Sequence record: DRR723986_833
Length of the DNA stretch: 25,465 nucleotides
Direction: 5' to 3' (one strand)
Shown here one piece after another: positions 8,569-16,231 of this stretch (position 1 is its first letter; the number at the start of each line of letters is the position of its first letter). Below the pieces are notes generated by a model. That model searched no databases, had not been told where the DNA came from, and saw only the letters and a list, made by a program, of their open reading frames with translations. The translations under genes and the position numbers were made by a program.

Positions 8569-9984
8569 ATGCTGAAAAAAATCCTAATTGCCAACCGTGG
8601 TGAGATTGCGGTTCGCATTGTTCGCGCCTGTGCCGAGATGGGTATTCGCTCAGCGGCCATCTACACCGAACCCGATCGCTTTTCCCTGCATGTTAAGCGC
8701 GCTGACGAGGCTTACAACGTGGGCGCAGACCCCCTGGAGGGGTATTTGAATCCTCGCAAGCTGGTGGCGCTGGCGGTGGAAACGGGCTGCGACGGTCTGC
8801 ACCCCGGCTACGGTTTTCTTTCCGAGAATGCCGAATTGGCGGAAATCTGTGCTCAGCGCGGCATTACCTTTATTGGCCCCAGTGCAGAGGTTATCCGTCG
8901 CATGGGCGATAAAACCGAGGCTCGCCGGGCGATGGTGGCGGCGGGTGTGCCGGTGACACCGGGCACTGAAGACAACCTTGCCGATGTCGAGGAAGCGGTG
9001 ACGGTCGCTGCAGGCATCGGTTATCCGGTGATGTTGAAAGCCACCTCGGGTGGCGGCGGTCGCGGTATTCGCCGCTGCGACAGCGAAGCAGACCTGCGAC
9101 GTCAGTTTAGTCGCGTGGTCTCAGAGGCCACCAAGGCTTTCGGTCGCGCTGATGTATTTTTGGAGAAGTGTATTGTCAACCCGCGCCATATTGAGGCGCA
9201 AATTTTGGCCGACTCACAGGGCAATGTTATCCACCTGTATGAGCGTGATTGTTCGATACAGCGCCGCAATCAAAAGTTGATTGAAATTGCGCCATCGCCG
9301 CAGCTCACGCCGGAGCAGCGCGCCTATATCGGCGACTTAGCGGTGCGCGCGGCAGAGGCGGTGGGCTATGAAAATGCCGGCACCGTAGAGTTTTTGCTTG
9401 CCGATAATCAAATTTATTTTATGGAGATGAATACCCGCGTTCAGGTGGAGCACACCATCACCGAGCAAATTACCGGGGTTGATATTGTGCGCGAGCAAAT
9501 CCGCATTGCCTCCGGCCTGCCGCTTGGGTATCGGCAAGAGGATATTAGCTATCGCGGCTACGCGCTGCAGTTCCGCGTGAACGCCGAAGACCCCAAGAAC
9601 GGTTTTTTGCCCAGCTTCGGCAAAATCAGCCGCTACTACGCTCCCGGTGGCCCGGGTGTGCGCACCGACACCGCGATATATACCGGCTACAGCATACCGC
9701 CGTATTTTGACTCGATGTGCCTGAAACTGGTGGTTTGGGGACTGACCTGGGAAGAAACGCTCAACCGCGGCGCGCGGGCGTTAAATGATATGCGTGTTCA
9801 GGGCGTACGAACCACCGCGCCTTACTACCAGCAAATACTTAAGCACGCGGACTTCCGCGCCGCGCATTTCGACACCAGCTTTGTTGATAGTCACCCCGAA
9901 CTGATCGAGTACTCCGATAAAAGTCGGCCCGAAGAGCTTGCCCTGGCGGTGGCGGCGGCGATTGCTGCTCACGCAGGACTGTAA
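8569..9984 (+). CDS. pycA: Pyruvate carboxylase subunit A (biotin carboxylase)
   Basis: KILIANRGEIA, HPGYGFLSEN, GGGGRGIR, ERDCSIQRRNQK and EMNTRVQVEH; followed by a carboxyltransferase/biotin-carrier gene. Confidence 0.92.
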   Translation: MLKKILIANRGEIAVRIVRACAEMGIRSAAIYTEPDRFSLHVKRADEAYNVGADPLEGYLNPRKLVALAVETGCDGLHPGYGFLSENAELAEICAQRGITFIGPSAEVIRRMGDKTEARRAMVAAGVPVTPGTEDNLADVEEAVTVAAGIGYPVMLKATSGGGGRGIRRCDSEADLRRQFSRVVSEATKAFGRADVFLEKCIVNPRHIEAQILADSQGNVIHLYERDCSIQRRNQKLIEIAPSPQLTPEQRAYIGDLAVRAAEAVGYENAGTVEFLLADNQIYFMEMNTRVQVEHTITEQITGVDIVREQIRIASGLPLGYRQEDISYRGYALQFRVNAEDPKNGFLPSFGKISRYYAPGGPGVRTDTAIYTGYSIPPYFDSMCLKLVVWGLTWEETLNRGARALNDMRVQGVRTTAPYYQQILKHADFRAAHFDTSFVDSHPELIEYSDKSRPEELALAVAAAIAAHAGL

Positions 9985-10044
9985 ACCCAATAATGATTGC
10001 AGCCGCTTAGCGGCCACGATGTGCACACAGGAAAGGAAGGCACT

Positions 10045-11844
10045 ATGACTACGCCGATTAAAATTACCGATGTCGCCCTGCGAGACGGCCATCAATCGCT
10101 TATTGCCACGCGGCTGCGCACCGAGGACATGTTGCCGGTGTGCGCCGAACTGGACGCCCTGGACTATTGGTCTCTGGAGGTATGGGGCGGCGCAACCTTT
10201 GATGCCTGCGTGCGTTTTTTGAAAGAGGACCCCTGGGAGCGACTGCGCAAGTTGCGTGAGGCGCTGCCCAATAGCCAGCTGCAAATGTTGCTGCGTGGCC
10301 AGAACCTGCTGGGTTATCGCCACTATGCTGACGATGTCGTCGAGGCCTTTATTGCCAAGGCGGCAGACAATGGCATGGATATCTTCCGGATATTCGATGC
10401 GATGAACGATGTGCGTAATTTGCAGACGGCGATCGCTGCCGTGAAGGCCGCCGGCAAACATGCTCAGGGTACCATTTGCTACACCACCAGCCCCGTGCAC
10501 AACACGGAAACGTTCGTCGAGCAGGCGCGTAAGATGGTGGACATGGGCGTAGATTCCCTGGCTATCAAAGATATGGCGGGCCTGCTGACGCCGAGTACCA
10601 CCGGTGAGTTGGTCGCGGCGTTAAAGGCCGAGTTTGATCTGCCGCTGGCCCTGCATTCGCATATGACATCGGGTTTGGCTGGGCTGTGTCAGTTGAAGGC
10701 GGTAGAGGCGGGCGTGGATATTATCGATACCGCTATCTCAGCCTTTGCCAACGGCACCAGTCACCCGGCGACCGAAACCATGGTTGCAGGCCTGAAAGAC
10801 ACGCCCTACGACTCGGGCCTGGATCTGGAAGTTTTACAAAGCGTTGCCAAAAAACTGTGGGCCGTGCGCAAGAAATACCGGCAGTTTGAGAGTGAGTTTA
10901 CTCGCGAGGATGTCAGCGTTCAGATAAACCAAGTGCCGGGCGGCATGATGTCTAACCTGGCGAACCAGCTAAAAGAGCAGGGTGCCTTGCACCGTATCGA
11001 TGAAGTCTTCGCGGAGATTCCCCGGGTGCGCAAGGACCTGGGCTTCCCGCCACTGGTAACGCCCACCTCGCAGATTGTCGGTACCCAGGCGGTGATGAAT
11101 ATTCTGGCAGAGGCGCCCTATACCACCATTACCAATGAGGTGAAGCGCTATTTGCAGGGTCACTACGGCGCGGCGCTGGGAACGGTGAATGAAGAATTGC
11201 GAGCCAAGGCGATTGGCAGTGAAGCGGTGATCGATGTTCGCCCTGCAGATTTGCTGCCGCCTGAAATGGAGAAATTGCGCGCAGAAATTGGCGAGCTGGC
11301 CGACAGTGAAGAGGATGTACTGAGTTACGCCATGTTCCCGGATCTGGGCCGCAGCTACCTCCAGCAGCGTCGCGATGGCACATTGCAACCCGAGGTTTTA
11401 GAGCCGGAACCCGAGACCGATCGCCCCGCCGCGGAAAATGCGGTGCCCACCGAATTTGTGATCGATGTTCACGGTGAAAGTTATCAAGTGGCGATTACCG
11501 GCGTCGGCATTAAGGGTAAAGGCAAACGGCACTTGTACATGACGCTGGACGGTATGCCAGAGGAAGTGGTTTTCGAGGCATTGAACGAATACCAGCGCGA
11601 CGGGGGGAGTGGACGCCGGCAGGCAACTCAGCCGGGGCATGTTACAACGAATATGCCGGGCAATATCGTCGATGTATTAGTGGCGCAGGGCGATGTGGTT
11701 AAGGCGGGCCAGCCAGTGCTAGTCACTGAGGCGATGAAAATGGAAGCGGAAGTGCAGGCGCCGATTGATGGCACAGTTCGTGATATCCACGTTAGCAAGG
11801 GAGATCGCGTCACTCCGGGTGAGGTATTAATAGAAATCGAGTAA
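10045..11844 (+). CDS. pycB: Pyruvate carboxylase subunit B (carboxyltransferase plus biotinyl domain; OadA-like)
   Basis: LRDGHQSL, WGGATFD, IKDMAG, HSH, QVPGGM, LVTPTSQIVG and biotin site EAMKM; ATG 10045 follows AGGAAGG; no oadB/oadG adjacent. Confidence 0.92.
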   Translation: MTTPIKITDVALRDGHQSLIATRLRTEDMLPVCAELDALDYWSLEVWGGATFDACVRFLKEDPWERLRKLREALPNSQLQMLLRGQNLLGYRHYADDVVEAFIAKAADNGMDIFRIFDAMNDVRNLQTAIAAVKAAGKHAQGTICYTTSPVHNTETFVEQARKMVDMGVDSLAIKDMAGLLTPSTTGELVAALKAEFDLPLALHSHMTSGLAGLCQLKAVEAGVDIIDTAISAFANGTSHPATETMVAGLKDTPYDSGLDLEVLQSVAKKLWAVRKKYRQFESEFTREDVSVQINQVPGGMMSNLANQLKEQGALHRIDEVFAEIPRVRKDLGFPPLVTPTSQIVGTQAVMNILAEAPYTTITNEVKRYLQGHYGAALGTVNEELRAKAIGSEAVIDVRPADLLPPEMEKLRAEIGELADSEEDVLSYAMFPDLGRSYLQQRRDGTLQPEVLEPEPETDRPAAENAVPTEFVIDVHGESYQVAITGVGIKGKGKRHLYMTLDGMPEEVVFEALNEYQRDGGSGRRQATQPGHVTTNMPGNIVDVLVAQGDVVKAGQPVLVTEAMKMEAEVQAPIDGTVRDIHVSKGDRVTPGEVLIEIE

Positions 11845-11860
11845 AGAGCAAGAAAAACGC

Positions 11861-11890
11861 TTGCAAACCTCAATGATAATGATTATCGTT
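11861..11890 (+). promoter_or_regulatory. Sigma70 promoter overlapped by a Fur box
   Basis: TTGCAA (11861-11866), 17 bp spacer, TATCGT (11884-11889). AATGATAAT-G-ATTATCGTT (11872-11890) is a 9-1-9 inverted repeat with one mismatch to the Fur consensus. Confidence 0.8.
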
Positions 11891-11895
11891 TAGTT

Positions 11896-12003
11896 GTGTC
11901 GCGGCGGGATGGTGTCTCCCCCCTCTCTCTGACGTTCTTATCCCGTCGCGACCTCTCTCCGTATTGGCCCCGGTTGCTTACCCTGCTTCCGGGGCTCTTT
12001 TTT
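11896..12003 (+). ncRNA. Candidate Fur-repressed small RNA (RyhB/PrrF functional analogue)
   Basis: Begins ~6 nt after the -10 element. 13-bp stem 11898-11910/11940-11952 (one G-U) encloses the pyrimidine tract TCCCCCCTCTCTCT; CU-rich linker and intrinsic terminator follow. Confidence 0.65.
11966..12003 (+). terminator. Rho-independent terminator
   Basis: GGCCCCGG (11966-11973) pairs with CCGGGGCT (11989-11996) and is followed by CTTTTTT. Confidence 0.75.
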
Positions 12004-12173
12004 ACGTCCCGCCACGCCTGCCCCTTGTCATGCAAGCAGTTTATGTAATTGCACTGCAACGCAGTATTTGTGACATAGCGTCAACATCCTGTTTTCCCTC
12101 GCGTAAGCTCTATGGCTCACTCGCTGGTATCAATGCGCGGGGATTACATAACAATAATAGAGGTTGTATCGCA

Positions 12174-14669
12174 GTGAATAGGGTTATGTTGGGTAGCGGC
12201 CTGCTGCCGCTTTGTTTTGGCAGTATCGTCACGGTATTACCGATTTTCAGTGCACCTGCCTTCGCGCAGTTAGAGGAGGTGGTCGTCACGGCCAGGCGCC
12301 GGGAGGAGAGTCTGCAGGACACGCCGATTTCTGTTTCGGCGATCGGGGCATCGGCGCTGGAGGATGCCGGCATCACATCGCTGGCGGATGTTAAGAACAT
12401 CGTGCCGAATTTGCAGATAGCGCCGACGGCGACCAAAAGCCAAGCGATTTTTGTGCGGGGTATCGGTCAGCGCGCCTCAACACCTGAGCTCGACCCAGGA
12501 GTAGGCCAGTATTTGAATGGTATTTTCATCGCCCGTCAGGATTCTCAACTCCTAGATGCGGTTGATGTTGAAAACATCCAGGTATTGCGCGGGCCACAGG
12601 GCACGCTGTTTGGTAAAAACAATACCGGTGGCGCGATGCTGGTGACCACGGTTGCGCCAGATTTTAGTCGCCCGAGCGGCAGCGCCACGGTCACTGCCGG
12701 CTCTCACGGCCGCCAGGATATTAAGGCCAGCGTTAATTTGCCATTGATCGAAAATCAAATGGGCCTGAGGCTCAGTGGCACTGTGCGGCGCCTGGATGGC
12801 TACGTTAAGAATATTGTCGATGGCACACGCTTTGGCGATGAGGACCGGCAAGCGGTGTCTGCGCGGCTATTGTGGGACCTTACCGAGAACCTGCAACTCG
12901 ATGTCTTTTCATTCTGGAGCTCGCAGGATGAGAAAGGGCAGGCGAACAATTGCGAAGTGATCAATGCGCAAGCGGCGGCGGCCACATTCTTTGTTCCCCA
13001 GCAGCCTGATAATTACGCCCAGCGATGTCAGCAGCAGGAGGGCTTGGCAGAGCAGCGCAAGGTGGCTATCAACACCGAAGCCAGTTTTTATCGCCAGCAG
13101 TCACAGCTTCACGCGATAAAGCTGAATTGGCATATGGGGCCGCTTGACCTTGAGTCGATCACCGCCTACAGCCGTCAATATGGCTTGGGTAAGCAGGAGG
13201 ATGTTGACGGCAGTGACTTTAGCCTCGTGCACAATGGTGAGCGTTTGGCATTAAAAGCCCTGACGGCCTCCGGCGTCGACCCGGATCAAGAAACGCGTTA
13301 CCAACTCAGTCAGGAGCTGAAATTCAACGGGCGGTTTTTCGAGGACAAGCTCGACCTGACGTTTGGCGCTTTCTACTCTGCAGAGCGCATCGATGGTTTT
13401 CCCTACCCACAAATTATTGGCGCCAACGGGGTTCTGGGTATTCCCCCGGAATTTCTGCTGAGCAGTACCGCGGGCGTTGCGCTGCCGGGGCTCGATTTAC
13501 TGTCGGCGGCTGCCAATAACCTTGTGTTGCCGCTGCTGTCAGCGTCGGTAAATTTAAGCTATATCGAAAATGAAACACGTGCGCTGTTTGTACAGGGTAG
13601 TTACGATCTTACGTCCCATCTGCAACTAACGCTGGGTGTGCGTTACACCGAAGATGATAAACAGCGGGAGATTGCTTTATACAACGCCGATTTTAATGCC
13701 TTTGGTCTGCGTGAGGGGCTTATTCATGCTCAGGGCGGCATCTATAACCCAGTGCCCAGAGCGTATTTTGACAATATCGACTTTGCACAACCCATTCCGT
13801 TTCTCGCGCCGGTGTCGACGTCATCAGAGCTGTCCTTTGACCAGGTTTCGCCAGCGTTGACGGTGAGCTATATCTGGGAGGAGGCGGATATCGCGGCGAT
13901 CGGCCTCAACAGTTTGATGACCTATGTGACCGTCAGCGAGGGCTATAAATCGGGCGGTATTGGCCTGCGGGGGCGCCGCCTCAATGAGTTCGAGCCTGAG
14001 GTGGTGGAGAACAGTGAGATAGGGTTTAAGCTCGATGCCCTCGATTCGAGTTTGCGTCTCAATGGTGCGATCTACCATATGAGCTACGACCAGATCCAAG
14101 TTCAGCAGGCCGAGACGGGCCCCGGTGGGCCGACCGATGTCATCCTGTTTTTGGATAACGCGGGTTCTGCCGTAGTGCAGGGCGCCGAATTGGAAGTAAC
14201 CTGGCTCTACGAAGGGCTACAGGTCAATGCCAACGCCGGCTATACCGATGCCTATTATCGGGATTACACGGTATTTTTAGCCGACGGCTCCAGCTTTGAT
14301 CGCAGTGCCGAGCCCTTTGCGGTGGTGCCAAAAAACACCCGCTCCCTCGCCGTGCAATACCATTGGCAAACGCGCTTTGGCGCGTTCATTCCGCGCTTGC
14401 ATTACTCTTACCGCTCGGAAATTTTTGTCGGCCTGGATGCCAAGGCCAATCTCTACGATGGCGCGACATTGGGCGGGCAGGAGTTGTATAACGCACGCCT
14501 GACCTGGCTGCCCGACGAGAAGCTGCGTGTGGCGATGTACGTGAACAACCTGAAAGACTCGCTGTTTTTTGGCGGCGGGGTGGCACTGGGTGACAATCTT
14601 GGCACAACCACGAAGGCGCAGTTGCCGCCGCGTCACTACGGCCTGGAAATTTCGTATCAATGGGATTAA
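12174..14669 (+). CDS. TonB-dependent outer-membrane receptor
   Basis: Signal peptide ending AFA-Q, LEEVVVTARRREESLQDTPISVS, plug motif IQVLRGPQGTLFGKNNTGGA, C-terminal strand PRHYGLEISYQWD. GTG 12174 follows GAGG; the track's TTG at 11964 lies inside the sRNA/terminator region. Confidence 0.93.
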   Translation: MNRVMLGSGLLPLCFGSIVTVLPIFSAPAFAQLEEVVVTARRREESLQDTPISVSAIGASALEDAGITSLADVKNIVPNLQIAPTATKSQAIFVRGIGQRASTPELDPGVGQYLNGIFIARQDSQLLDAVDVENIQVLRGPQGTLFGKNNTGGAMLVTTVAPDFSRPSGSATVTAGSHGRQDIKASVNLPLIENQMGLRLSGTVRRLDGYVKNIVDGTRFGDEDRQAVSARLLWDLTENLQLDVFSFWSSQDEKGQANNCEVINAQAAAATFFVPQQPDNYAQRCQQQEGLAEQRKVAINTEASFYRQQSQLHAIKLNWHMGPLDLESITAYSRQYGLGKQEDVDGSDFSLVHNGERLALKALTASGVDPDQETRYQLSQELKFNGRFFEDKLDLTFGAFYSAERIDGFPYPQIIGANGVLGIPPEFLLSSTAGVALPGLDLLSAAANNLVLPLLSASVNLSYIENETRALFVQGSYDLTSHLQLTLGVRYTEDDKQREIALYNADFNAFGLREGLIHAQGGIYNPVPRAYFDNIDFAQPIPFLAPVSTSSELSFDQVSPALTVSYIWEEADIAAIGLNSLMTYVTVSEGYKSGGIGLRGRRLNEFEPEVVENSEIGFKLDALDSSLRLNGAIYHMSYDQIQVQQAETGPGGPTDVILFLDNAGSAVVQGAELEVTWLYEGLQVNANAGYTDAYYRDYTVFLADGSSFDRSAEPFAVVPKNTRSLAVQYHWQTRFGAFIPRLHYSYRSEIFVGLDAKANLYDGATLGGQELYNARLTWLPDEKLRVAMYVNNLKDSLFFGGGVALGDNLGTTTKAQLPPRHYGLEISYQWD

Positions 14670-14671
14670 AC

Positions 14672-15403
14672 GTGGCTGCCAAACAAGCCAATGAAATAAC
14701 GGTTGAGCGGGCCGTGGCAGAAGCCGAGGCCTCTGCTGAGCGACTCTTGAGTATGGCGAGGGCAATAAATGCGAGGCAGTGCCAGCCGGACACCTGGTCC
14801 TGTCGCCGTCAGTGGTGTGCAGATGCCGGGACCTATGTCTATCACAGCCATATCGCTGTGAGTGGTCAGGATCGCGAGCGACTGCATTGGCTGAGCAATG
14901 TGTTTTTTCACGCGGCTAGCCTGCACGGTCAGCCTTGGTACCCGGAATTTAAGGGCGGTAAACGCCAGGTATTGGCCCGCCCGCCCGTGGGGCAGGTTGT
15001 CGATCATCAACTGTGTTGGGGGCGCTTTGATCTGGGGCTGCCAAGCCTGCGCTATTACCGGCAATTACTGTCTTTGCTTCGCCCGGCAGATGACGCTGCG
15101 GTAGTCGTTGCCCGCTCTGTGGACCACGGCCCGGCGCTGCCATGCAAGGCCAAGCTGGCTTATACGCTGTCGCCCAATGGTGAGGTCTTGCTGTGGCGCG
15201 ACGATCAGCTGCACTGGCACCATATCTGCTGTACCCCCGGGGCGGGTATTTTGAATGGTTCCGCTGACCGCTGGCTGATAAATGCCCTGCGGTGGCTGCG
15301 CTTAGATCAGTCGGAACGGCGCACCTATCGACGTGAAGCGGAGCAGTTACGAGACTGGTTACACGCCGGTCAGCCTAGTGTCTCGCCGGCGATCCCGGCT
15401 TAG
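14672..15403 (+). CDS. Hypothetical protein, possibly START/SRPBCC-like lipid-binding fold
   Basis: ORF begins directly after the receptor stop (GTG 14672; ATG 14660 is an alternative). 'RYYRQLLSL...AVVVARSVDHGPALP' resembles the START-domain 'R.f...vi...Sv.hp..P' segment. Confidence 0.5.
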   Translation: MAAKQANEITVERAVAEAEASAERLLSMARAINARQCQPDTWSCRRQWCADAGTYVYHSHIAVSGQDRERLHWLSNVFFHAASLHGQPWYPEFKGGKRQVLARPPVGQVVDHQLCWGRFDLGLPSLRYYRQLLSLLRPADDAAVVVARSVDHGPALPCKAKLAYTLSPNGEVLLWRDDQLHWHHICCTPGAGILNGSADRWLINALRWLRLDQSERRTYRREAEQLRDWLHAGQPSVSPAIPA

Positions 15404-15445
15404 CACGCCAGCGCGCGATTGCTAAAGAATGGAGCATAGAAGAGG

Positions 15446-15522
15446 TGGCGCCCCGGAGAGGATTCGAACCTCTGACCTGCCCCTTAGGAGGGGGCCGCGC
15501 TATCCAGCTGTGCCACCGGGGC
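15446..15522 (-). tRNA. tRNA-Arg (anticodon CCT)
   Basis: 77 nt GCCCCGGTGGCACAGCTGGATAGCGCGGCCCCCTCCTAAGGGGCAGGTCAGAGGTTCGAATCCTCTCCGGGGCGCCA: acceptor stem, anticodon arm GCCCC-CTCCTAA-GGGGC, GTTCGAATC T-loop and encoded CCA. Confidence 0.97.
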
Positions 15523-15539
15523 GAAAAGCGCAGCGGGAG

Positions 15540-15568
15540 ATTCTACTGACTCTATCTGCGTGGCGCAA
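15540..15568 (-). promoter_or_regulatory. Sigma70 promoter of tRNA-Arg
   Basis: Minus strand TTGCGC-N17-TAGAAT followed by the GC-rich discriminator CTCCCGC. Confidence 0.65.
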
Positions 15569-15587
15569 AGGCTTCGTCGACGGTTCG

Positions 15588-16052
15588 TTATTTAATGAGC
15601 GGCTCGCTGTAGCTGTGCTCGATATCCCAAGGGAAATGTATCCAGGTATCTTGAGCGAATTCGCGGGTGTAGTACTCGGCCAGCGTCATCGCCTGAGGTT
15701 TGGCGTAGATGGTGACGAATGTGGCCTTGGGTAGCAGCTCGCGGGCAATTTTTGCAGTGCCTCCGGTATCCACGAGGTCGTCAACCAGCAGATAACCGTC
15801 ACCGTCACCTTCCACTGATTTGAGAATACTAATCTCGCCCTGCTTGTCGTGGTCGTAACTGGCGATACACAGGGTGTCGACGACGCGAAGGTTGAGTTCG
15901 CGCGCGAGAATGGCGCCCGGTACCAAGCCACCGCGGGCGATACTGATAATGCCTTTCCACGGCGTGGCGGTGAGTTTGCGCGCAAGGTTACGGGTGTCGC
16001 GGTGCAGTTCGTCCCAAGTTAGGTAGTACACGGGCGTTTCGCTGGTCGACAT
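15588..16052 (-). CDS. gpt: Xanthine-guanine phosphoribosyltransferase
   Basis: TWDELHRD, WKGIISIARGGLVP, LVDDLVDTGGT (PRPP-binding), YAKP and TWIHFPWD; ATG 16052 follows CAGGA. Confidence 0.93.
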   Translation of the reverse strand: MSTSETPVYYLTWDELHRDTRNLARKLTATPWKGIISIARGGLVPGAILARELNLRVVDTLCIASYDHDKQGEISILKSVEGDGDGYLLVDDLVDTGGTAKIARELLPKATFVTIYAKPQAMTLAEYYTREFAQDTWIHFPWDIEHSYSEPLIK

Positions 16053-16139
16053 GCTGAGATCCTGGCTGAGTGTAGGGAAAGGCAGTAGGGCGCGATTTTG
16101 CAGCAAGCGTGGTGCCCGGGCAAGAGCGGAGATGCTTGT

Positions 16140-16203
16140 GTCAAAATACCGACATGCTGGTGTGGTTATGCTGCCCGGGCTTGGCTATAGTCAAAAAAAC
16201 GAC
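16140..16203. promoter_or_regulatory. Two putative FleQ-type boxes (GTC-N8-GAC)
   Basis: GTCAAAATACCGAC (16140-16153) and GTCAAAAAAACGAC (16190-16203), 50 bp apart; the second overlaps TATAGT (16186-16191). Confidence 0.55.
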
Positions 16204-16231
16204 AACGGCAAACAGAGATAATGTGGCACCC

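Noticed and set aside
10045-11844. Na+-pumping oxaloacetate decarboxylase alpha subunit (oadA)
   Set aside because: No oadG/oadB nearby; pairing with a biotin carboxylase and a divergent LysR indicates two-subunit pyruvate carboxylase.
12069-12087. CRP-like site TGTGACATAGCGTCAACA upstream of the receptor
   Set aside because: Only the left TGTGA half matches; the right half and spacing are off.
11964-12173. 70-codon N-terminal extension of the TonB receptor in the ORF track
   Set aside because: The TTG start has no RBS and runs through the terminator; the signal peptide and GAGG RBS fit GTG 12174.
11966-15522. Receptor and hypothetical gene as an island integrated at tRNA-Arg; the terminator stem GCCCCGG/CCGGGGC equals the tRNA acceptor stem
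   Set aside because: Only 7 GC-rich bp are shared; there is no duplicated tRNA 3' end, no integrase and no obvious compositional shift.
15429-15734. 101-aa ORF on the + strand
   Set aside because: It is antisense to tRNA-Arg and gpt; spurious.
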